Both the position numbers and the translations under genes were made by a program. From Enhydrobacter aerosaccus (GTDB lineage Bacteria > Pseudomonadota > Alphaproteobacteria > Reyranellales > Reyranellaceae), in the NCBI GenBank assembly GCA_903839865.1, contig CAIMEE010000596.1:8493-72492 (forward strand): 64,000 nucleotides of DNA, in the 5' to 3' direction. The stretch's first letter is position 1; each line of letters starts with the position of its first letter. Below are positions 10,137 through 17,972 of the stretch, piece after piece. The notes under the pieces were generated by a model. It worked only from the letters and a program-made list of their open reading frames with translations, was not told the origin of the DNA and ran no database searches.

Positions 10137-10481
10137 ATGGCCCGGAAGCGCGTCATCCTCGAACTCGGCACCGGCAACGACCTGCACGGCGGCGACTACA
10201 CCAAGGCCGCCCTGCGCGCGGTGCAGGATGCCCTGCACCATTCCTCGCTCACGATGCTGCGGGCGCTCAAGGTCAATGCCAAGACCGACATGTTCGTGAA
10301 CGTTACCATCGGCGTGCAGCAGCCCGACAAGGTCGATCTCGAGAAGGTGCGTGCGTCGCTGCCGCACGGCATCGTGACGGTGACGGCGGTGAAGGGCGGG
10401 CTGGACGTGCTCGATCCCGAGAACAACGATCCCGCGGTGATCGCCAGCGCCGCTGTCGAGGTCAAGCTCGAACTCCCCTAG
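10137..10481 (+). CDS. Lin0512 family protein (copy 2)
   Basis: ELGTGNDLHGGDYTKAALRAVQDALHHSSL; paralog of the upstream gene, 1 nt after its stop. Confidence 0.88.
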   Translation: MARKRVILELGTGNDLHGGDYTKAALRAVQDALHHSSLTMLRALKVNAKTDMFVNVTIGVQQPDKVDLEKVRASLPHGIVTVTAVKGGLDVLDPENNDPAVIASAAVEVKLELP

Positions 10482-10699
10482 GCCGCCTTGCGGCCCATGA
10501 AGCAGAGGCCGAGACCGACGACGATCGCGGCGATGCCGGCGATCGTCGGCACGGGAATCGTGTGCTGCTCTTCCTTGGTGATCTTGAGAGGGCCCGCATC
10601 GAGCACGGTCTTCTGCTCGGTGAAGGAGATGTTGGCCACGCCGAGACCGACAATACCGGCCACGATGAGAAGGACGCCGAAGAGCATGATGGGTTTCAT
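10478..10699 (-). CDS. Small two-TM membrane protein (DUF3185-like)
   Basis: MKPIMLFGVLLIVAGIVGL...VLDAGPLKITKEEQHTIPVPTIAGIAAIVVGLGL. Confidence 0.8.
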   Translation of the reverse strand: MKPIMLFGVLLIVAGIVGLGVANISFTEQKTVLDAGPLKITKEEQHTIPVPTIAGIAAIVVGLGLCFMGRKAA

Positions 10700-10707
10700 G
10701 CCCACCC

Positions 10708-10732
10708 AACGCCCTCGACCGCGGCGGGTTCC
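10708..10732 (-). promoter_or_regulatory. EcfG/SigT promoter, exact consensus
   Basis: Minus strand GGAAC-CCGCCGCGGTCGAGGG-CGTT (N16), 8 nt before the ATG at 10699, implying a near-leaderless transcript. Confidence 0.75.
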
Positions 10733-11257
10733 CTAGTTTCGCACCAACATTTTGAGCCCCTGCTCGATGGCCTGCCGGGCCCGCTGGCCCAGTTCGGCGT
10801 CGGTCGCGCTCGACACAGGATGGTCGATCACGGCGAAGGCGTAACCCGGCATGCCCAGCACACGGCTCATCATCTCGGCGGCGCTCACGAAGCGCTCCGT
10901 CATGACCCCGATGGCGGGGATATTGGCTCGTTCAGCGGTAACGGCGTCGTGCAGACTGCACGATGAACAGGAGCCTCAATCCCCGAGACCCGAGACGACG
11001 GCGTCCCAGGTCTTGATCTCGTCGGCGATGTGTCTGTCGGCGGGCGCGCTGTAGTTCGACTTGGTGCGCAGGACAACGTTGGCCACGCCGTAGTCGTCCT
11101 TCAGTATCCGCTCGAGGTGGCGGAAGAAACCCTTGGTGCCTTCCTTGCCGTTGGAGATGAAGCCGACGGTCTTGCCTGCGAGCGTATCGAGGCGCGGCGC
11201 GAGCTGGCCGACGGGCGGCTGGGTGCCGGGTGTGGGATCGAGAACGCGGAAGGTCAT
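10733..11257 (-). CDS. UGSC family selenoprotein (174 aa, Sec94 encoded by in-frame TGA at 10976-10978)
   Basis: GAGGGAG RBS, ATG 11257. The frame continues past TGA: ...DAVVSGLGD-U-GSCSSCSLHDAVTAERANIPAIGVMTERFVSAAEMMSRVLGMPGYAFAVIDHPVSSATDAELGQRARQAIEQGLKMLVRN* (TAG 10733). SECIS hairpin directly downstream of the TGA. Confidence 0.9.
10947..10963 (-). promoter_or_regulatory. Bacterial SECIS element
   Basis: mRNA UGA-GGCUCCUGUUCA-UCGUGC-AGUCU-GCACGA: stem starts 12 nt after the UGA, apical loop with GU; closely resembles the E. coli fdhF SECIS top (UGCAGGUCUGCAC). Confidence 0.85.
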
Positions 11258-11267
11258 GGTCTCCCTC

Positions 11268-12323
11268 TTACTTCTTCGGCGGTTCGCAGTCGACACAGAC
11301 GCCAACCGGCAACGTCACCGCATGGCTCTTGTTGCCCAGCCACGGCGGGATCACCGCACCGAAGCCGCCAGCCGGTCCGCCCGCGGCGATCACCAGCAGC
11401 TGGTCGGGCGATTCCATCGCGGTATAGACGCTGTCGCCGCGGTCACGCACCACGGCGCCCTTGCCGACGTCGGCCCACTCGCGGCGATGGATGCGCGCGC
11501 GCTCGTGGATGAAGTTGGCGATGTCCTTCTTCGTCCACTTCGCCGCCTGCAGATGCTCGCGCAGCTGCTGGGGAATCACGATCGCGTAGTTGCCGGGATG
11601 GATCGAGTAGTGCCGCATGTTGGCGCGCATCTCGGCCGCGAACGTCTCGAGGATTTCCTCGGGCTTGGTCGTCCACTCGTTCATCAACTGGCGCGGCGCG
11701 CCCGCGGCCATCACCGTCACCGCCGAGGCCGCACGCTCGACGCCGCGCACGACATGCAGCGGATCCCAATCGGTGCCCTCCTCGTCTTCGGCGAGGCAGT
11801 AGCTGAACTTGCCGGGATGACCGAGCGTCGAGCGGTCGATCACGCCCGGCCGCACGTCCATCAGGTTGATCAGGCAGAGCCGCACCGCGCGGCCGATCAC
11901 CGCCGTCGCGCGATCGCTGTTGCCCAGCGCATTGAATGAACCCAAGGCGCCGATCTCGTGACGAACCGGACCGTTCAGCACGACGAGCACGGCGCAGCCA
12001 CCGGTGCTGGCCGTGGCGCCATGCATCAGGAAGTCCTCCTGCATCATCGCTGTCCACGCCGTCAGCACGACGGGAAAGTGCATCGGCAGGCAGCCCGCCA
12101 TCACGGCGTTGATCGCGATTTTCTCGGCCGTGATCGCGAGCCCGCGCACCGGCTCAATGCCGATCAACTGGTCGGGCGGCATCATCGCCCAGTCGAGGCA
12201 CTCCTTCACGGCCTCCTCGGTCGGCGGCACGATCGGCAGCCCGTCGGTCCAGCCGTTGCTGTGATAGAGCTCCTGCACCGCCGAGATGCTCTCGGCCTCG
12301 TAACTGCGCGACTGGAACTGCAC
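11268..12323 (-). CDS. Uncharacterised UGSC-associated protein (351 aa) with C-terminal CxxC
   Basis: GWTDGLPIVPPT, KIAINAVMAGC, DRSTLGHPGK motifs; ends VGVCVDCEPPKK; its stop abuts the RBS of the selenoprotein gene; GGAGGG RBS, GTG start. Confidence 0.85.
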   Translation of the reverse strand: MQFQSRSYEAESISAVQELYHSNGWTDGLPIVPPTEEAVKECLDWAMMPPDQLIGIEPVRGLAITAEKIAINAVMAGCLPMHFPVVLTAWTAMMQEDFLMHGATASTGGCAVLVVLNGPVRHEIGALGSFNALGNSDRATAVIGRAVRLCLINLMDVRPGVIDRSTLGHPGKFSYCLAEDEEGTDWDPLHVVRGVERAASAVTVMAAGAPRQLMNEWTTKPEEILETFAAEMRANMRHYSIHPGNYAIVIPQQLREHLQAAKWTKKDIANFIHERARIHRREWADVGKGAVVRDRGDSVYTAMESPDQLLVIAAGGPAGGFGAVIPPWLGNKSHAVTLPVGVCVDCEPPKK

Positions 12324-12422
12324 GTGAATTTCCCTCCGGGTCCAGCTTAGGCCCGCGGTCCATTAAACAAATGGGAATTTAATGGGAGCCGGCTCCAGCT
12401 CTGTCGTCCGGACCAAGGACGG

Positions 12423-12451
12423 GATATTGCGAATATCGCATTCAATGTCAA
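12423..12451 (-). promoter_or_regulatory. Sigma70-type promoter with overlapping operator palindromes for the selenoprotein operon
   Basis: Minus strand TTGACA-N16-CAATAT; overlapping palindromes GATATT-GCG-AATATC (12423-12437) and TGCGA-ATA-TCGCA (12428-12440) in an AT-rich patch. Confidence 0.6.
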
Positions 12452-12506
12452 GTCCCTCCCCATATTTCTGTCCCAGGTCTAGATGTCTGGACGTAACCTT
12501 GGCGCC

Positions 12507-12659
12507 ATGGACTGGTGGGAATGGCTCGTTCTGGCGATCATCGCGATCTACATCCTGACCTGGCACGGGCTCGGCCCGCTCGGCCAGCCGAAAGACCCGC
12601 CCTTCCCGATCTGGCCGGACGTGTGGCGCTTCATCCGCGAGAAACTCTGGTCGAGCTAA
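12507..12659 (+). CDS. Small Trp-rich single-TM protein (50 aa), not in ORF track
   Basis: MDWWEWLVLAIIAIYILTWHGLGPLGQPKDPPFPIWPDVWRFIREKLWSS*; high third-position GC; no clear RBS. Confidence 0.6.
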   Translation: MDWWEWLVLAIIAIYILTWHGLGPLGQPKDPPFPIWPDVWRFIREKLWSS

Positions 12660-12704
12660 AACACGATCGCTTTTGCTTTGGCCGTCGGCCCACTCTGCCG
12701 CGGT

Positions 12705-13943
12705 CTAGATGTCCTGGAAAGGCCGAGGGTCGAACCCTGGAGGAAGCTTCGCCCAAGCGCGGCCGTCGAGCATCTCGGCACGACCGACGGCATAGAGCTT
12801 CTGCATATAGGCCTGATCGAAGGGACCCTTCAGTTTCTCCGTGAAAGACGCGGGCATCCACGAGACGTTGTAGTCGATGCCGTCGCGCTTGCAGAGCAGA
12901 TAGAGCCGGTAGAGGTCGCCGATGCCCTGGTACTGGATCAAGGTCGAGATCGCGCGGCCGGCGATCTTCATAGTCGAACGCGCCGTCGTTTCATTCGACG
13001 GCGCGAGCGTGCCGTTGCGAATCACATAGAGCTGCCGCGGCCGGCGCGCCGCAACCTGCGCGAGGGGCAGATCCTCGCGCGGCAGGTCGCGCGCGAGATC
13101 GTCGCCACTGAAGGACGGCGGATACAGGACGACCTGCGCAGTTGTTCCGCCATCGACATGCATTTCCTCGTAACGCTGGCCGCCTGTCTCGATGTCGATC
13201 ATGACCGGCGGAAAGGCGCCGGGTATGGATGCCGATGCAAGAAGGATCCGCGAGAACAGGTCGGCCGCCCTGGCCATTCCGCTCGCGGCAATCGCCCCCA
13301 TGTTCCAGAGGATCGCCGCCGGGACATCGAGGTTGGTGGTGGCGATCATCAGCAAGCGGCCGTTTTCCGCATATTCGCGAGCGATCGCTGCCAGGAAGTC
13401 GGGAGTCACAAAGCCCCGAATCGTCTTCAGCAGCGGCGTGGAATCGTACAGCGAGTCGCTGAACAGGGCCGTGAGAAGCCCCCGGCTCGTCAGCACGTCG
13501 TCAGCCGAGATCCGGGTATAGACCTGCTCCAGTTGAGGATCGTATTCGCTCCCCAGGAATGCGAAGGGCGCCGTCAGGGCGCCGGTGCTGACGCCCGTCA
13601 CGGTCTTGAAGACCGGGCGCGTCCCGAGCTGCGTCCAGGCGGTCAACAGCCCCGCGCCATAGGCACCGTTCTCCCCGCCCCCGGAAATCGCAAGGAAAGT
13701 GGCGGGGCCAAGGGTCGCCCCGGTGCGCCGCGCGTGCTCCACTTCGCGGCGCAACGCTTCCAAGGCAATGCGCCCGATCAGCCGGTCGTCGCTGCCGTCC
13801 AGGACCACGCGGCAGTCGTCCGGCAAGCCGGCAAATCCGCCTCGCTGGCGAAGCGCGTCGGGCAGGGAGGCAAGGCGCTGCGGGCCCTCGCATGCGGCGA
13901 CGAGGCTCGCGCCTCCCATGGCAAAAAGGTTTCTTCGATTCAC
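12705..13943 (-). CDS. Patatin-like phospholipase, predicted Tat lipoprotein
   Basis: SGGGENGAYGAG oxyanion loop, GVSTG nucleophile, DGG; MNRRNLF...LVAAC leader. Confidence 0.9.
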   Translation of the reverse strand: MNRRNLFAMGGASLVAACEGPQRLASLPDALRQRGGFAGLPDDCRVVLDGSDDRLIGRIALEALRREVEHARRTGATLGPATFLAISGGGENGAYGAGLLTAWTQLGTRPVFKTVTGVSTGALTAPFAFLGSEYDPQLEQVYTRISADDVLTSRGLLTALFSDSLYDSTPLLKTIRGFVTPDFLAAIAREYAENGRLLMIATTNLDVPAAILWNMGAIAASGMARAADLFSRILLASASIPGAFPPVMIDIETGGQRYEEMHVDGGTTAQVVLYPPSFSGDDLARDLPREDLPLAQVAARRPRQLYVIRNGTLAPSNETTARSTMKIAGRAISTLIQYQGIGDLYRLYLLCKRDGIDYNVSWMPASFTEKLKGPFDQAYMQKLYAVGRAEMLDGRAWAKLPPGFDPRPFQDI

Positions 13944-14620
13944 GTCCGTCTCTGTCTGCCCGTTGTCCCTGCCGCGCCTTGCCGCGCAAGCTCAAGTGCC
14001 CCTTGGGCGGGAAGACCGAGTCCCTGCAGAACGGTCGCGACGACAGACCGCTCGTAATCCGCTGGCATCCGACCGAGCGCAATGCATCGCATGCCCAGCA
14101 TGACGACTCCGTGAACCAGGTCGACGGCCGCGGTCTCCCCGAAAATCCTGAAGTCTTTCTGGCGTACACCGAGGCGGATATCGCCCCGCACCACGCTGCC
14201 GATCGTCATCAACAGGTTGGGTGCACTCACCGCAAGCTCCAGGATCAGCATCGCTCTTTTGGGGGTCTTGCGCGCGATTGCAAGGTAGCGATGGCAGCCG
14301 TTGGCCATGCGCTCGGCCCCGCGCGGCAGCGCCCTGCGGCTTTCCAGGGCGCGCTGCTCCAGTTCCCGGATGATCCAGACAGATACCGCGGCCACGATGT
14401 CGTTCCTGCCCTTGAAGTGGTTGTAGACGGTCCCGACCGTGACCCCGGCATGGAGGGCAATCTCCTTCAGTGACGACTGCGCGATACCGCGGGTGCTGAA
14501 CACCGACATTGCCGAGGCGATGATTTTCGCCCGCGTGCGTTCGCGCTTCGGCAATCTTTTTTCGGGACCGGTTGTAAGTGCAATTTTATTGCGCTTGCTG
14601 TTCAATTTTGTACGAGCCAT
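13940..14620 (-). CDS. TetR/AcrR family transcriptional regulator (start uncertain)
   Basis: RERTRAKIIASAMSVFSTRG...KEIALHAGVTVGTVYNHF HTH; stop overlaps the patatin start. Confidence 0.88.
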   Translation of the reverse strand: MARTKLNSKRNKIALTTGPEKRLPKRERTRAKIIASAMSVFSTRGIAQSSLKEIALHAGVTVGTVYNHFKGRNDIVAAVSVWIIRELEQRALESRRALPRGAERMANGCHRYLAIARKTPKRAMLILELAVSAPNLLMTIGSVVRGDIRLGVRQKDFRIFGETAAVDLVHGVVMLGMRCIALGRMPADYERSVVATVLQGLGLPAQGALELARQGAAGTTGRQRRT

Positions 14621-14666
14621 ACAATTTTCGGTGACGGCGGTTTTCTTATACGAGCGGGAGACCTCG

Positions 14667-16430
14667 ATGTCAGACAATAATAATGTTGCGATCTCGCGTC
14701 GCAAACTTCTGGGGACGGCCGCCGCTTCCTCAGCGCTGCTCGCAGACGCTCCGATCCAGATCGCGCAGGCGCAGGGCAATGTGCCGTCCGTCGCGCGCGC
14801 GCGCGGCCCGCTCAACGTACTTTTCGTCTTCACCGACCAGGAGCGTTTCCACGCCCGCTGGCCGAAGGGCCTGTCGCTTCCCGGTCACGACCGGATGGAG
14901 CGCACCGGCGTCACCTTCATGAACCATCAATGTCCCGCGACGATGTGCACATCGTCGCGCTCGGTGATCGTTACCGGCCTGCAGACGGCGGACAACGGGA
15001 TGTTCGAGAACCTCGACGTGCCGTGGATGAAGGATCTGCCGACGAAAAACCCGACGATCGGCCACATGCTGCGCAAGGCGGGCTACACGACCGCCTACAA
15101 GGGCAAGTGGCACTTGAGCCGCGAGTTCGACACCAAGTCGATCGAGAAATTCCTGACGCCGGAGATGGAGAGGTACGGCTTTGCCGACAATTTCTCCCCG
15201 GGCGACCTGATCGGCCACACGCTGGGCGGCTACAGCTTCGACCACATCACCGCGGGCAGCGCCATCAATTGGCTGCGCACCAAGGGCCGGCCGCTGAGCG
15301 ACGACGGCAAGCCGTGGTGCATGTACGTGAGCTTCGTCAATCCGCACGACATCATGTACTTCAACACCGACGCTCCGGGCGAGAATGTGCAGGACACCGG
15401 CAAGCTGCGGCTTCACGCGGCACGCGCGCCCGAGCACGCGCTCTACAAGACGAGCTGGGACGTGCCGATCTCGCCCAGCCTGCGCCAGCCGTTCGACGCG
15501 CCGGGACGTCCCAAGGCGCACGGCGAATTCGACCGCGTCTGGGATTACATCCTGGGCAACGTGCCGCTCGAGGATGCGCGCTGGAAGCGTTTCAACGACT
15601 ACTACCTGAACTGCATCCGCAACGTCGACCGTTCGATCGAGGCGCTGCTCGCCGAACTCGAGTCGCTGCAGCTCGACCAGAACACGATCGTGATCTTCAC
15701 CGCCGACCACGGCGAGATGGCGGGCGCCCACGGCCTGCGCGGCAAGGGACCGTTCGCCTATCAGGAGACCAGCCACCTGCCGCTGTATGTCGTGCATCCC
15801 GACGTCAAGGGCGGCCAGCAGTGCAAGTCGCTGAGCAGCCACATCGACTTCGTGCCGACGATCCTGTCGATGGCGGGCATCAAGCCCGACCGTGCGGGCG
15901 AGATCGCCGGCCGCGCGCTTCCGGGCAAGGACCTTTCGCCGCTGCTGTCCAATCCGGGCAGCCAGGCGATCGACGCCGCCCGTGCCACCACGCTGTTCAC
16001 CTACAGCGGACTGGCCAGCAACGACGCGGGCGTCTTCGACTTCGCCGCCAAGGCCGCCATGGCGGGCAAGGACCCCAAGGAGGAGGCCAAGCTCCAGGGC
16101 TTCAAGCCCGACCTCAAGAAGCGCGGCCATGTGCGTTCGGCGTTCGACGGGCGCTATCGGTTCACGCGCTACTTCTCGCCGCTCGACCACAACAGCCCAA
16201 CGACCGTGGACGAACTTTTCAAGTGGAACGACGTCGAACTCTACGATCTCGCCCAGGACCCGGGCGAGATGAAGAACCTCGCCACCGATCGCGTCACCAA
16301 CGGCGCCTTGCTCCAGACCATGAACGGCAAGCTCGAGGCTGTGATCAAGGCCGAGATCGGCAAGGACGACGGCCGCGAGTTGCCCGACATCGCCGGCATC
16401 ACCTGGGGTCTCGACAAGGTGGACCTCTAG
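14667..16430 (+). CDS. Tat-exported sulfatase-family hydrolase
   Basis: ISRRKLLG Tat leader; FVFTDQE, CTSSRSVIVTG, GKWHL, FTADHGEM motifs; GGGAG RBS. Confidence 0.9.
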   Translation: MSDNNNVAISRRKLLGTAAASSALLADAPIQIAQAQGNVPSVARARGPLNVLFVFTDQERFHARWPKGLSLPGHDRMERTGVTFMNHQCPATMCTSSRSVIVTGLQTADNGMFENLDVPWMKDLPTKNPTIGHMLRKAGYTTAYKGKWHLSREFDTKSIEKFLTPEMERYGFADNFSPGDLIGHTLGGYSFDHITAGSAINWLRTKGRPLSDDGKPWCMYVSFVNPHDIMYFNTDAPGENVQDTGKLRLHAARAPEHALYKTSWDVPISPSLRQPFDAPGRPKAHGEFDRVWDYILGNVPLEDARWKRFNDYYLNCIRNVDRSIEALLAELESLQLDQNTIVIFTADHGEMAGAHGLRGKGPFAYQETSHLPLYVVHPDVKGGQQCKSLSSHIDFVPTILSMAGIKPDRAGEIAGRALPGKDLSPLLSNPGSQAIDAARATTLFTYSGLASNDAGVFDFAAKAAMAGKDPKEEAKLQGFKPDLKKRGHVRSAFDGRYRFTRYFSPLDHNSPTTVDELFKWNDVELYDLAQDPGEMKNLATDRVTNGALLQTMNGKLEAVIKAEIGKDDGRELPDIAGITWGLDKVDL

Positions 16431-16455
16431 GACATGCGCAATCTTCTCTCTGCTG

Positions 16456-16722
16456 GCGATCCTGGGCTTCGCTGTGCGCCACGATATTGAGCCAACCATC
16501 ATCTCCGCCTGCGTGGCGATGTCGGCGGCTTCGACGCCGGCAGCCAGTTCACCTGGCAGGCCTTTGCGCGCGCCACCTACGGCGTCGGTCCGGAGTCGAC
16601 GAGGTGAGCCGCCGTGCTAGGATACCGCGCACTCGGCATCAACTACGGTCGGCAGTGGCCTCGATGCGCGTAACTGCAATCTTGTGCTGTACGGTCCGGT
16701 CCTCGGACTGACGGCCCGATTC
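16456..16722 (+). pseudogene. Frameshifted 3' remnant of an outer-membrane beta-barrel gene
   Basis: Successive segments needing frameshifts read ILGFAVRHDIEP / NHHLRLRGDVGGFDAGSQFTWQA / AVLGYRALGINY / NLVLYGPVLGLTARF, matching from memory the C-terminal strands of alphaproteobacterial OMP-like proteins; no start or N-terminus. Confidence 0.6.
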
Positions 16723-16736
16723 AAGGGAGACGATCC

Positions 16737-17192
16737 GTGACGGAAGATCTGGTTTTTGGCCGACGGCGACTGTTGGTCGGATCGGCCGCGGCAACGGGCC
16801 TCGCGTCGTTTGGCGCGCGCGCCCAGGACAAGGTGAAAACCGGATCCGTCGAGATCGAGCAGGTGCAGGTCGCCTTCATCGGCAGCGCCAATCTTGGCGG
16901 CGGCACGCTCTCGTTCCAGGGGAAAAGCTATCGCTTCTCGGTCGGTGGCCTCGGTGTGGGCGGTTTCGGCGCGTCCAAGATGCAGGCGACGGGCGATGTG
17001 TTCAATCTGAAGGAACTGCGCCAGTTTCCCGGCGCCTATGGCCAGGCCCGCTACGGTATCGCCGTCGGGGACAAGAGCACGGGCGAATTGTGGCTGCAGA
17101 ATACCAACGGTGTGCTGATCAGCCTGCGCGCCAGGCGGACGGGCCTGGCGCTGTCGCTCGGTGCCGACGCCGTCTTCATCGACTTCAAGTGA
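16737..17192 (+). CDS. Tat-exported all-beta hypothetical protein (DUF1134/EipA-like)
   Basis: GRRRLLVG leader; Gly-rich beta strands (GGGTLSFQG, GGLGVGG, LWLQNTNGV); AAGGGAG RBS, GTG start. Confidence 0.75.
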   Translation: MTEDLVFGRRRLLVGSAAATGLASFGARAQDKVKTGSVEIEQVQVAFIGSANLGGGTLSFQGKSYRFSVGGLGVGGFGASKMQATGDVFNLKELRQFPGAYGQARYGIAVGDKSTGELWLQNTNGVLISLRARRTGLALSLGADAVFIDFK

Positions 17193-17200
17193 GGCCCGCG

Positions 17201-17746
17201 ATGATTTTCAAATCCTTGGCCCGTCGTCTCGCCGGTGCGGCTCTTCTCGCATGGGTGTCGGTCATTGCCTCCCAGGCCCACGCGCAGGACGGGCCGCAAT
17301 CTTTCAACGCCTTCGCGGTCGTGAAGGCAGATGGCTCGCTCCTGAGGAGTGCCGAGCGGCAGGCGACCATCGTCACCGCCCTGGGCGGCACGCTGTTCAT
17401 CGAGACCGACGAAGGTCCCGTCGCCGGCGGCCAGATTGCCTGTTCCGGCATGCTTCGCGTCGACCTCGACACGACGCATCAGACCGGGTCCGGTGCCTGC
17501 ACGTCGACTGCCGATGACGGCGCCAAGACGTACGGCGAATGGGAATGCGCGGGCTTCAACATGCTGGGTTGCCGCGGCACCTACAAATTGACCGGCGGCT
17601 CCGGCCGGTTTGCCGGCTTCACCGGCCAGGCCACGGTCATCTGGCGTCCGAACGCGCACGAACTGCAGAAGCAGCTCGATGGCACGGTGCTTCAGAACGC
17701 CACCGGCATCCTGATCTGGCGGGACTTCAAGCTCGAGAAGAAGTGA
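17201..17746 (+). CDS. Exported hypothetical beta-barrel-like protein
   Basis: Signal peptide ending AHA; four Cys; LTGGSGRFAGFTG motif. Confidence 0.75.
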   Translation: MIFKSLARRLAGAALLAWVSVIASQAHAQDGPQSFNAFAVVKADGSLLRSAERQATIVTALGGTLFIETDEGPVAGGQIACSGMLRVDLDTTHQTGSGACTSTADDGAKTYGEWECAGFNMLGCRGTYKLTGGSGRFAGFTGQATVIWRPNAHELQKQLDGTVLQNATGILIWRDFKLEKK

Positions 17747-17972
17747 GGAAGGAAGCCCCTCGGTGAGGTGACTCGTTCAGAGCCTGCTCGCTCTCGTCGA
17801 CGCGCAACAGGAATAAGCAGCCCGCGATCCGATGGGGACCGGCGTGGCGACAGACGCCCGTCGACTGATGAGCACGCCCGGCTGGAAGGATGGGCTTCAC
17901 TGGGAGGCGATGCCGGACGAGCCGCGACAAGCGCGACGGGCGAAGCAAAAAGGTTAAGACTGGAGTTCGGCA

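Noticed and set aside
10976-11305. 109-aa ORF as a complete protein
   Set aside because: Its stop is better explained as a Sec codon, and the start with a good RBS is ATG 11257.
17860-17960. CTGATGAG resembling a hammerhead ribozyme core
   Set aside because: No stem II followed by GAAA or matching stem III could be found.
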